Origin: a virus
Lineage: Duplodnaviria > Caudoviricetes
IMG/VR virus record: IMGVR_UViG_3300049166_000011
Coordinates: 1-40,660 of that record
Reading direction: 5' to 3' (one strand)
DNA: 40,660 bases
The position numbers and the translations under genes are program-made. This document shows, piece by piece, positions 33,569 to 40,660 of the stretch (its first letter is position 1; every line of letters starts with the position of its first letter). Under the pieces are notes generated by a model. That model saw only the letters and a program-made list of their open reading frames with translations, was not told the origin of the DNA and made no database searches.

Positions 33569-34593
33569 CGCTCACCGCCCGCGTACTCCGCGTAGGTCGC
33601 GGCGGCCTCTTCATCGGTCGCGTCCGGCGGCGCATCCAACCCCCACGGGTCCGGCGACGGCGGCTCCGACACGATCTCCGCGTCCGTCACCTCCGGCTCA
33701 GCGGCAGCAGCCGCCCTACCAGCCAGGTCGTCGATGACCCGCTCCGCCTCCGCTGCCGTCAGCAGCCGCGTCGTCGGCACCTCACGACCCGCAGCATCCG
33801 CATACACGGCGAGCGCTTCGTCCTTGCCCATCCCGAGGTCCTTGAGGCGGCCCGCGATCTCCGACAGCTGAGCCTTGCTGATCATCGGCTCCGACTTCGG
33901 CGCGTACATCTCCACCTGCGCAGCCGCGTCAGCGGTCGCGATGGTCTCTCCCGCCTCACCCACGGTCGGCTCGCCCTTGGGCTCTTCCTGGTCCATCTCC
34001 TCCGGGGTGTAGATCCCGGACAGGTCCTGCGGGAACGCGGCCTTCAAGGCCAGCGCCTCCGCGACCTTCCCGATCATGTGAGAGGGCTTGGACGCCCACA
34101 GCGCGAGCAGCGTGCCGTCCTTCTTCCGCGCGGCGTACTCCTCGAACAGGGCGACCGACATCGTCGGCTCACGGAACCCGGCCTTGTACACCCCGCACCG
34201 GGCGGCCACCGGGGGCCTGCTCCTGTCGAGCCACACGTCGCGCCACACACCGTCCTCGCCGCACCAGCTGATCGGGGTGCGGCCCTCGTACCGTCCGGTG
34301 CGCTCTGCGATGACCCGCAGGCCGTCGATCCCGGCCTGGATCGTGTACTTGTAGGTCTCCTGCTTGGTGCGGGGGTTCCACTCCTTGCGGCCGATCATGT
34401 AGATCTGCCGCGCGAACGGGTCCAAGCCCGTCCTCTGCGCGTAGTGCAGGAACACCAGCTGATCCCCGGCGGGAGCGTCAGCGATGCCCAGCTGAGCCAG
34501 AGCGGCGGTCTGCGGTTCGGTCCACTCGGTCTGATCCGGGGACAGCGCCAGTGCGCCGACGTTGGACACGGCGATTTCAGTGGTCGTGGTCAT
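33565..34593 (-). CDS. bet: Bet/RecT-type single-strand annealing recombinase
   Basis: GLDPFARQIY, IDGLRVIAERTG, MIGKVAEALALKAAFP...GIYTPEEM. Confidence 0.92.
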   Translation of the reverse strand: MTTTTEIAVSNVGALALSPDQTEWTEPQTAALAQLGIADAPAGDQLVFLHYAQRTGLDPFARQIYMIGRKEWNPRTKQETYKYTIQAGIDGLRVIAERTGRYEGRTPISWCGEDGVWRDVWLDRSRPPVAARCGVYKAGFREPTMSVALFEEYAARKKDGTLLALWASKPSHMIGKVAEALALKAAFPQDLSGIYTPEEMDQEEPKGEPTVGEAGETIATADAAAQVEMYAPKSEPMISKAQLSEIAGRLKDLGMGKDEALAVYADAAGREVPTTRLLTAAEAERVIDDLAGRAAAAAEPEVTDAEIVSEPPSPDPWGLDAPPDATDEEAAATYAEYAGGER

Positions 34594-35531
34594 CAGGCAG
34601 CCTCTTCCTGCGTGGTCTGTTCGGGGGCGGGCATGTCCGGGAGCTTCTGGCCAGCGACGAGGAACGGAGCGCCGCCGTTGCGGGACTGGCGGGTCGCGAT
34701 CGTCATGCCGAGGTAGCGGGCGCGACGCTTCGTGCCCATCCGGTCCAGCAGGACGGTGCGCTCGTACTGCTCGCGCTCCTCCGCGGCCTTGAGCGCGTTC
34801 TTTGCGGAGCAGTACGCGGCGGCCTCGTCGAAGCGCAACTCGATGTCCATGCCGTCGATGCGCGGGTGCAGCTCACGAACCGTCTGGTATGTGGAGTCGG
34901 CACCGTCGAACGCGGGCGGCTCGTTGAACATGAGCGAGTCCAAGAACTGCTCCGCCCGGAAGCGCAGGATCCGCGCGTCGGTCTCGTCGTAGCGGACGAC
35001 GTAGTGGCGGAACTCCAACCGGGCAGTCAGCACCGCGACGTGCGCGACCTCCAAGCCGAGCGTGTCCATGTACCACTGGATCTGCGTCCGGTAGTACAGC
35101 GGAATCTCGTCGGTGCCGGACTTGCCCCAGGTATCGCCTTCGTCCTGGCCGTCGGTCTTGATCTCCAGAATCCCGACGACCTTGCCGTCCTGCACCAACA
35201 GCCCGTCGGGGTTCGCGAGCTGGTAGTCGCGCTCGGCGTGGGTGTACGTGCCGCCGACGGCGACCTCGTACTCGGGGTGCTGGTCGGCCCACCAGCGGCG
35301 GATGCCGTCTTCGAGGTAGTGACCGCGGGCCTGAGCGTCCGTGGTGGGGCCGTCCTGCACACGACCGGCCTTGAGCATCCACAGCCGGTACGGGGACACC
35401 CACGGGGACCGTCCGAGGACAGCGGCCATGTCGGACCCGCCGAGGCGGGACGCGCGGGCGGCATGCCACGGTTCGGACCCGGGCTCCCAGTTGCCGAGGA
35501 GGCGTCCGGTGGGAGTTTCGAGCGCGGTCAC
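34593..35531 (-). CDS. YqaJ/lambda-exonuclease family nuclease
   Basis: W...R...LGGSD...SPW, GHYLE, ANPDG...LEIKT, YRTQIQWY. Confidence 0.92.
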   Translation of the reverse strand: MTALETPTGRLLGNWEPGSEPWHAARASRLGGSDMAAVLGRSPWVSPYRLWMLKAGRVQDGPTTDAQARGHYLEDGIRRWWADQHPEYEVAVGGTYTHAERDYQLANPDGLLVQDGKVVGILEIKTDGQDEGDTWGKSGTDEIPLYYRTQIQWYMDTLGLEVAHVAVLTARLEFRHYVVRYDETDARILRFRAEQFLDSLMFNEPPAFDGADSTYQTVRELHPRIDGMDIELRFDEAAAYCSAKNALKAAEEREQYERTVLLDRMGTKRRARYLGMTIATRQSRNGGAPFLVAGQKLPDMPAPEQTTQEEAA

Positions 35532-35866
35532 TGGTCGGCTCCCTTCACGCGGATCTCGAACCGGTCGAGCTGCTCGCGCTGCTGGTGCGGGTTGGCAGTG
35601 ATCCATTCCGGGCTGTAGACCAGCTCCCACAGCTCGCTGGAGGTCACCAACCGACCCGGCTTGAACTCGCCCGGGTGCGTGCGGACCGTGCGGCCCTGCT
35701 CGTCGGTGTGCTCGGGCCACTCGGTGGTGACCGTGCCAACCCCACGGCGGCAGTAAGTGGCGCTCGGGAAAGCGGGGTTGGGGCCTCGGTGGTGGCGGAT
35801 CGTGTCGTCCTGCCGGACTTGGATCGTGGACCCGCAGTAGGGGCACAGGGCGTGGATCTTGATCAC
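35528..35866 (-). CDS. Zn-ribbon protein
   Basis: CPYCG...H...C; GAGGAGG RBS. Confidence 0.7.
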   Translation of the reverse strand: MIKIHALCPYCGSTIQVRQDDTIRHHRGPNPAFPSATYCRRGVGTVTTEWPEHTDEQGRTVRTHPGEFKPGRLVTSSELWELVYSPEWITANPHQQREQLDRFEIRVKGADQ

Positions 35867-36354
35867 CACTGCACCTCCTCGTCGGGGTCGATGGGGAACG
35901 GGTGCGCCTTGCGGATGTCGTCGCGGTCGGCAAGCTCGGAGGTCGCACCGAAAATGCCGACCAGTCCGTCGTCCGCAGCGGCGATCTTCCGCTGACAGAA
36001 CGCCTCCATCCCCGCATCCGGGGCGGCACCCACCGGGTCGTCATCGGCCTCAGCGACCTCCCACAGGTCCTCGCCGCCGGTGAGCACAGCGACCAGCTCA
36101 GCGGGGAGCCCGTCCACGTCCTCGGGGGCGAACGCGGCCTCGGATGCCTGCTCGATGTCGCGCAGGTCGGCGGTGCCCTTCGAGCGGGCCAGGGTCAGCG
36201 CCCACCCGGCGTCGTCGCACAGCTCGGAGAACTCCTGGAGGTGCCCGTCACCAGCGATGCCGGACGTGTAGCAGGCCTCCAGCTGGTCAAGGTGACGGCG
36301 GGCCACGGCGACGAAGTCAAAGAAGGACATCTGGTCGAACGTCTTGTCAGACAT
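35863..36354 (-). CDS. Acidic hypothetical protein, 163 aa
   Basis: AGGAGG RBS; MSDKTFDQ. Confidence 0.7.
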   Translation of the reverse strand: MSDKTFDQMSFFDFVAVARRHLDQLEACYTSGIAGDGHLQEFSELCDDAGWALTLARSKGTADLRDIEQASEAAFAPEDVDGLPAELVAVLTGGEDLWEVAEADDDPVGAAPDAGMEAFCQRKIAAADDGLVGIFGATSELADRDDIRKAHPFPIDPDEEVQW

Positions 36355-36547
36355 CGCGGGCCTCCTGGTGGGTGCGGGCGTGCGCGACAGCGAGCTCAGT
36401 CGCGGCCAGCGAATCGCCGGGGGTGAGGGTGAGGTCGCAGATGCAGCAGACGAACCCGCGTCCACCGAAGGCGAGCCGCCACGTCCGGGACTCGCCCGGG
36501 TGCGGCTGGGAGGCGTGGTAGCGGCGCTCAGCGTCCTGGAGAGTCAT
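36347..36547 (-). CDS. C2H2-type small protein, 66 aa
   Basis: CCIC...HARTH; ATGA coupling. Confidence 0.65.
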   Translation of the reverse strand: MTLQDAERRYHASQPHPGESRTWRLAFGGRGFVCCICDLTLTPGDSLAATELAVAHARTHQEARDV

Positions 36548-36885
36548 CGGGCCACCTCCGCCCCGAGAACCTGCACCGAAGCGCCCACGCACACGCCGGA
36601 GTCGCGGTAGCTCACCGACATCAGCCACCCGCCGCCCTGCCGGGGAAGCGTGCGCACCCGCTCGTCGAGGGCCACAGCGAACGCGTCGATGAAGTCCAGG
36701 CGGGTCTGCCGGTCAGCGTCAGCGGTCAGGGTGAAGAACACCGCCGGACGCCCGAGCTGCCAGTTGTTCACGGACACGACCAGGTGCTTGTGGTACTGCC
36801 ACTCGCCCAGGCGGAGGGTGACCTCCCGGGCGAGGTCCATCAGCCGTGTCGCGCTGATGGTCAGGGTGTCGCTAATCTGAATCAC
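36544..36885 (-). CDS. Hypothetical protein, 113 aa
   Basis: AAAGGA RBS before GTG. Confidence 0.65.
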   Translation of the reverse strand: MIQISDTLTISATRLMDLAREVTLRLGEWQYHKHLVVSVNNWQLGRPAVFFTLTADADRQTRLDFIDAFAVALDERVRTLPRQGGGWLMSVSYRDSGVCVGASVQVLGAEVAR

Positions 36886-36959
36886 GGCACTGTTTCCTTT
36901 CGTGGGTGGTGCCATTGCCTCCACCGGGGTCAGCTCCTGGTGGGGGCTTCTTCATGGGG

Positions 36960-37208
36960 TCAGGCGGCGCGGTTGCGGAGAGTCGGAGCGACCATCCGCC
37001 GCAGCTCCTCCAGCACGTCGGCCGGGATCGGCGGCGCTTTCGATGCAGCGGCCAGAGCGTGCGCCCACATCTCCCGGGAAACCCCAGGGGGCGGGTCGGA
37101 CTCCAGCCACGCCACGTACTGCTCCAGCGGGATGCCGGTCTGCTCGACCAGGACCCGGATGCGATCGGCGACCTCGGGGTCCTCAATGAGGCGTTGGGCG
37201 GTACTCAC
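36960..37208 (-). CDS. Hypothetical protein, 82 aa, coupled to the cro-like gene
   Basis: GTGA overlap. Confidence 0.7.
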   Translation of the reverse strand: MSTAQRLIEDPEVADRIRVLVEQTGIPLEQYVAWLESDPPPGVSREMWAHALAAASKAPPIPADVLEELRRMVAPTLRNRAA

Positions 37209-37432
37209 GCCGCGTCTCCCTCTCCTTCGGGGCTGATCCACAGCTCCTCCGCGTCCAGCTCCAGCGCCCTTGCGATCGGAGCGAAAGTCGTAGGACTGGG
37301 CTGGTAGAGCTCGTTTTCGATCTGGCTGAGGTGACTCACGGACACCCCGGCCCTCTCGGCGACGGCCGCGAGGGTGAGCCCGAGCTCATAGCGGCGTCTG
37401 CGTGCCTTTTCGGCGTTGAAGCGGTGGGGCAT
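37205..37432 (-). CDS. Cro-like XRE HTH regulator
   Basis: GLTLAAVAERAGVSVSHLSQIEN...QPS; first gene of the early operon. Confidence 0.9.
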   Translation of the reverse strand: MPHRFNAEKARRRRYELGLTLAAVAERAGVSVSHLSQIENELYQPSPTTFAPIARALELDAEELWISPEGEGDAA

Positions 37433-37617
37433 GACCCCAAGCTAGTTCAGATCTGTTCAGATCTCAAGAGGCATGCACGTGCACGGTGAAGATCTTTCCA
37501 GGCGCATTGGGCATAGGTCCAGGTAGACGCTCATACGCGTGTTCGGTTTACTTCTGATCTCAGACAGTGACCGCTGTCGTCTGTACAGATCTGAAGAGAA
37601 CTGAAATACTGCGGACC
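37433..37617. promoter_or_regulatory. Divergent lysis/lysogeny promoters with AGATCT-core operator repeats
   Basis: Minus: TTGAGA-N17-TAGCTT-N6-ATG. Plus: TGTACA-N17-AATACT-N7-ATG. GTTCAGATCT x2 at 37445-37464; CAGATCTG at 37586. Confidence 0.75.
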
Positions 37618-38118
37618 ATGACCACGACTGCCCAGCGCCTAGACGCGCTGATCGACCGGAGGCGACTCGATCTCGGCCTCCGATGGAAGGAAGTAGCCGA
37701 CATCGTCGGCGTCACGCAGACAACACTCCTAGAGGCCCGCAAGGGCATCCGGATCTCCGACATGACCGCGTCCGGCATCGAACGCTTCATGGACTGGAAA
37801 CCCGGCAGCGTCTATCGCATCCTTGATGGCAGTAACCCCATCGACATGGAAGCGGATGCCGACCCCCTCACGGCATCCGCTTCCACGTGGGACGGCGAAC
37901 TGCGAGCCCCGGAAGGGCCGCTTCGGGACAGCGAGCTTCTACGGTGGCGCATGGTAGAGCGCGGCTGCCTGTACCGGCTCGATGACGGACCAATATCCGT
38001 GGAGTACACCTTTGGGGCCGACGAAACGCCGGTCGACGTCATTGAGGACCTGCGTGACCTGCTCGACCAGTACCGGGTGAACGCCAAGGCGATGGAGCGG
38101 CGGCGGGCACGCAGATAG
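37618..38118 (+). CDS. Immunity repressor (N-terminal HTH), leaderless start
   Basis: RRRLDLGLRWKEVADIVGVTQTTL...WKPGSV; divergent from the cro-like gene. Confidence 0.8.
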   Translation: MTTTAQRLDALIDRRRLDLGLRWKEVADIVGVTQTTLLEARKGIRISDMTASGIERFMDWKPGSVYRILDGSNPIDMEADADPLTASASTWDGELRAPEGPLRDSELLRWRMVERGCLYRLDDGPISVEYTFGADETPVDVIEDLRDLLDQYRVNAKAMERRRARR

Positions 38119-38146
38119 CGCACACCCATGCCCACATATAGTCACA

Positions 38147-38180
38147 GAGCGCGACTTTTATGGTCGCGCTCCGTTATTTT
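38147..38180 (+). terminator. Terminator after the repressor
   Basis: GAGCGCGAC-TTTTATG-GTCGCGCTC then CGTTATTTT. Confidence 0.6.
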
Positions 38181-38206
38181 ACCCAGTAGGAGGAATAACC
38201 GCCCTT

Positions 38207-38665
38207 GTGGCACCAGTCGTCTCAAAAGTAAAGTCAAGCACCGGCCGAATCCCGCGCAAGGGAGCGCCGGAACCCCGGCCGGTAGAGGGGGAGATCTTGA
38301 CCGCACACGCATACGCAAGTCCCATCACCCGATGCACCTACGTAGAGATCGGAGACGTCCCCCGGCCCGCGACAGCCGCCACCGCCCTCATCCGCACCCC
38401 CGACTGGACCGCCCTCCGAGTCCACCCCGGGTCCGACACACCCCAGATCGTCGAGGAGATAGTCCACGAGCACCACATCCTCCGCGAGGAAGCCGCCGTA
38501 TGGCTCGGCGGCTTCACCCTCCCCGCCGACCCCCAGTCGGTGAGCGAGTTCCTCGCAGACCCCATAGGGTTCCTGCTCCGCGTGGACCCTGACGCCCTGT
38601 CCATCCCGTGCCAGGCCACCAGCATCCCGGTCCCTCTCCGGGCGCCCGGCCTCAGGTACGGCTGA
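38207..38665 (+). CDS. Hypothetical protein in the immunity region (alternative start TTG 38297)
   Basis: AGGAGG at 38188-38193; fills the repressor-integrase gap. Confidence 0.6.
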   Translation: MAPVVSKVKSSTGRIPRKGAPEPRPVEGEILTAHAYASPITRCTYVEIGDVPRPATAATALIRTPDWTALRVHPGSDTPQIVEEIVHEHHILREEAAVWLGGFTLPADPQSVSEFLADPIGFLLRVDPDALSIPCQATSIPVPLRAPGLRYG

Positions 38666-38744
38666 CCCCACATCCCCTACCAGGTGTGAGCCCTGCTCTT
38701 CCAAACCCACAGGGCACCACACCACTCCCCGCTCGACAACTAAG

Positions 38745-38779
38745 GCCTCGGTACTTCCCCGCCGGGGCGTTGTTGTGTC
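38745..38779. terminator. Hairpin at the convergence with the integrase
   Basis: GCCTCGGT/GCCGGGGC then GTTGTTGT. Confidence 0.45.
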
Positions 38780-40418
38780 AGGGCTCGTCCCCCACCCACG
38801 TGATGTGCACATACTCCTGCGGCGGGATATTCCGGCGCCCCATGCCGACCTTCGGCACCACGATCTTCTCAGTCAGCGCCCGCAACGCCCGACGCTGCTG
38901 CTGCACCCCCCAATCCCGCCACGTGCGCTGCACCATCCCCGGATCCGGGTCCGCCAACTCCACAGCCAGCGGCTCGATCATCTCCGGCCGCATCTCCTCC
39001 ACGACCTTGCTCAGCTCCGCTTCGATCCGCGCCTCATCAGCAGCCGCGAGACGACGCGACACCCGCCCCGCTTCCACATCGGCGTACAACTCCTCCAGCT
39101 CCGCGTCCAAAGCTGCCTTGCGGGCCTTCGCCGCAGCAACCTGGTCCGATGACCTACTGTGAGCCCGAAATGCCTTCAGTGCATCAGGCCGGGAGAACTT
39201 CGCCACGACCAGCGTTTCCATGGCCTGATCCAGGAACACACCCGTGCGGGATACGCACGCCGCCTTGGCCCCCTGGTACAGCCCTACGCACCGGTACGCC
39301 CACCCATGCGGCGATCGCTTGTTGGGGTTGGGGTACACCCACGCCCCGCACTCCCCACACTCGCCGATCCCGCCCAGCAGCCGCTTGGCCGAGCCATCCC
39401 GCGGCCTCGTCACCTTCACCGTCCCCCGCGACAAACTGTTCAGGCCTGAATCTGACGCTGACGGCGCCGACGCCAACAGTTTCTGACGCAGCTTCCACCA
39501 CGCAGCCTCATCCAGCACGACCCCCTCGACTTCAGTGCCGTCGAAGATCGGCTCGTGCCCACCCCGGTCCAGGATGATCTTGCCCTTGTGTGACCGCTTC
39601 CCGATCAGTGAGGCCCGCAGCAGCAGTTGCTTGACCACCTGGTACTGCCATCCCACCTCGCACCTGGGTTTGCCCGTGCGCTCGTCCACCACCGGGTTGC
39701 CGTCTTCGTCCAGCATGGGGGCGCCGGCCACCCGCCCGGTCGCGGTCGGCACTTGGCGTTCGTTGAGGTCCACCGCGATGGTTTTGAGGCCCCACCCGGA
39801 CAGGTAGCGCTGTGCCATCTCCCGCACGTGCTTCGCTTCGGGCTCGTAGACGACCCTGCGCAGTAGCTCGCCGGTTTCGGGGTCGTACTGGTGGCGGAAG
39901 CCGTACCCCCAGTGCCCGTGTACGCCGCCGCGTTCGGCGTTGGCTGTGGTGTCCCGGTTAACCCGTTCATGAGTCCGGTCGGATTCGAAGACCGCGTCGA
40001 TCATCATCTGGTTGAGGTGCTTCATGTGGGAGGGCTTACGCGGGTCCCACACGTCCTCTTCGAGCGCGATGAGGACGCCCTGCTTCTTGCAGGCCTTCGC
40101 GAGCTTGGCCCACACCTCTAGGTCGCGGGTACCTCGGCTGATTTCGACTGCCCACAGGATGTCGGTGCGCCCGGCGGAGATGTCCGCTTCGACCTTGGGC
40201 CAGTCCTCGCGCTCCCGGGAGGCGTACCCGGACGCGGACCGGTCGTTGTCGGCGTACTGGCCCACGACGTTCCAGACGTGGTCTGTGGCGACCTTCCGTC
40301 CGATGGCGAGCTGCGTGTCCACGGACCTCTGTCGTCCGTGTTTGCGGCGGTCGCTGGATACCCGGGCGTACAGGGTGACGCGCGGTCTACGATCGGTGAG
40401 CTGTGGGTGGTCTGCCAT
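38778..40418 (-). CDS. int: Large serine integrase
   Basis: YARVS, DNDRSAS, recombinase domain, Zn ribbon CGECG...YRC...C, coiled coil; start reassigned to ATG 40418. Confidence 0.93.
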   Translation of the reverse strand: MADHPQLTDRRPRVTLYARVSSDRRKHGRQRSVDTQLAIGRKVATDHVWNVVGQYADNDRSASGYASREREDWPKVEADISAGRTDILWAVEISRGTRDLEVWAKLAKACKKQGVLIALEEDVWDPRKPSHMKHLNQMMIDAVFESDRTHERVNRDTTANAERGGVHGHWGYGFRHQYDPETGELLRRVVYEPEAKHVREMAQRYLSGWGLKTIAVDLNERQVPTATGRVAGAPMLDEDGNPVVDERTGKPRCEVGWQYQVVKQLLLRASLIGKRSHKGKIILDRGGHEPIFDGTEVEGVVLDEAAWWKLRQKLLASAPSASDSGLNSLSRGTVKVTRPRDGSAKRLLGGIGECGECGAWVYPNPNKRSPHGWAYRCVGLYQGAKAACVSRTGVFLDQAMETLVVAKFSRPDALKAFRAHSRSSDQVAAAKARKAALDAELEELYADVEAGRVSRRLAAADEARIEAELSKVVEEMRPEMIEPLAVELADPDPGMVQRTWRDWGVQQQRRALRALTEKIVVPKVGMGRRNIPPQEYVHITWVGDEP

Positions 40419-40465
40419 GCCGATATCATAGACAGGAGAGCATGGTCTATGTAATAGTGTCGTGG
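40419..40465. promoter_or_regulatory. Right att junction / integrase promoter
   Basis: AT-rich; CATAGAC-N11-GTCTATG inverted repeat; minus-strand TATGAT-N6-ATG. Confidence 0.6.
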
Positions 40466-40660
40466 AACTCGATCTACCACGCGATGCACGCCCGGGAGGA
40501 CCAGCGCCCCTTCTCCCCGCCCGTCCTGCGCCGGATCGCCTCCTTCGCCCGTCCCCACAGGCGGCTCCTGGCCTGGTTCCTGGCACTGAGCGTGGCCACC
40601 GCCGTCCTGACCGTGGCCTCCCCGATCCTGGCCGGGCGGGTCGTCAACACCATCACCGCG
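40442..40660 (+). CDS. Host ABC transporter (fused permease/ATPase type), 5' part, truncated by the window
   Basis: SWNSIYHAMHAREDQRPFSPPVLRRIASFARPHRRLLAWFLALSVATAVLTVASPILAGRVVNTIT resembles ABC exporter N-termini. Confidence 0.75.
   Translation, partial: MVYVIVSWNSIYHAMHAREDQRPFSPPVLRRIASFARPHRRLLAWFLALSVATAVLTVASPILAGRVVNTITA

Larger units (their letters stand above)
1..40460. mobile_element. Actinomycete siphovirus prophage, left end outside the window, right att near 40421-40465
   Basis: Contiguous head, tail, lysis, replication, immunity and serine integrase genes, followed by an abrupt switch to a host-type ABC transporter ORF. Confidence 0.95.

Noticed and set aside
32410-34716. 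768-aa plus-strand ORF (similarly 18351-20207, 22407-23756, 25695-26831)
   Set aside because: Antisense to several coupled minus-strand genes; low-information Arg/Gly/Pro-rich sequence
38207-38665. ImmA/IrrE metallopeptidase call
   Set aside because: VHEHHI lacks the second His of HExxH; position alone is insufficient
40427-40451. Inverted repeat as an intact attP centred on the crossover
   Set aside because: The odd 11-nt spacer does not fit a central dinucleotide, and host-like sequence begins about 10 nt further right; cannot be resolved here
40419-40586. N-terminal extension of the integrase in the ORF track
   Set aside because: Runs through the att region into the host gene; the catalytic YARVS follows ATG 40418, which has a -10 box 6 nt upstream
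1-40660. tRNA or rRNA genes
   Set aside because: No cloverleaf or T-loop consensus noticed in the intergenic gaps by eye; tRNAscan-SE would be definitive

Overview
Nearly the whole window (1 to about 40460) is a high-GC actinomycete temperate siphovirus prophage. The terminase and left end lie outside the window. The left half (+ strand) holds the late module: portal, scaffold, capsid, head-tail genes, major tail, tail chaperones with a -1 frameshift, tape measure with NlpC/P60, baseplate/fibre, a collagen-like protein, amidase endolysin and holin. It converges at about 18550 with a long minus-strand early module: cro-like gene, YqaJ/Bet recombination, ParB-like, RuvC, WhiB fusion, HNH, replication initiator, DnaC-like loader, DnaB, C5 methyltransferase, SSB, DUF6221, MuF-like gene and a Zn/HTH regulator. 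The repressor, a large serine integrase and the att junction follow. The phage appears to have inserted at the 5' end of a host ABC-transporter gene. The most notable observations are: (i) a MuF-like gene in the early operon, while its usual slot holds a reverse leaderless small gene; (ii) an unannotated ribbon-helix-helix gene with three operator repeats over a promoter facing the replication genes; (iii) an att arm that supplies an in-frame RBS and ATG to the host gene; (iv) mutually exclusive RNA structures over several late-gene RBSs; (v) an overlapping-frame ORF in the methyltransferase. All family assignments come from motif recognition and synteny by eye; no searches were run.
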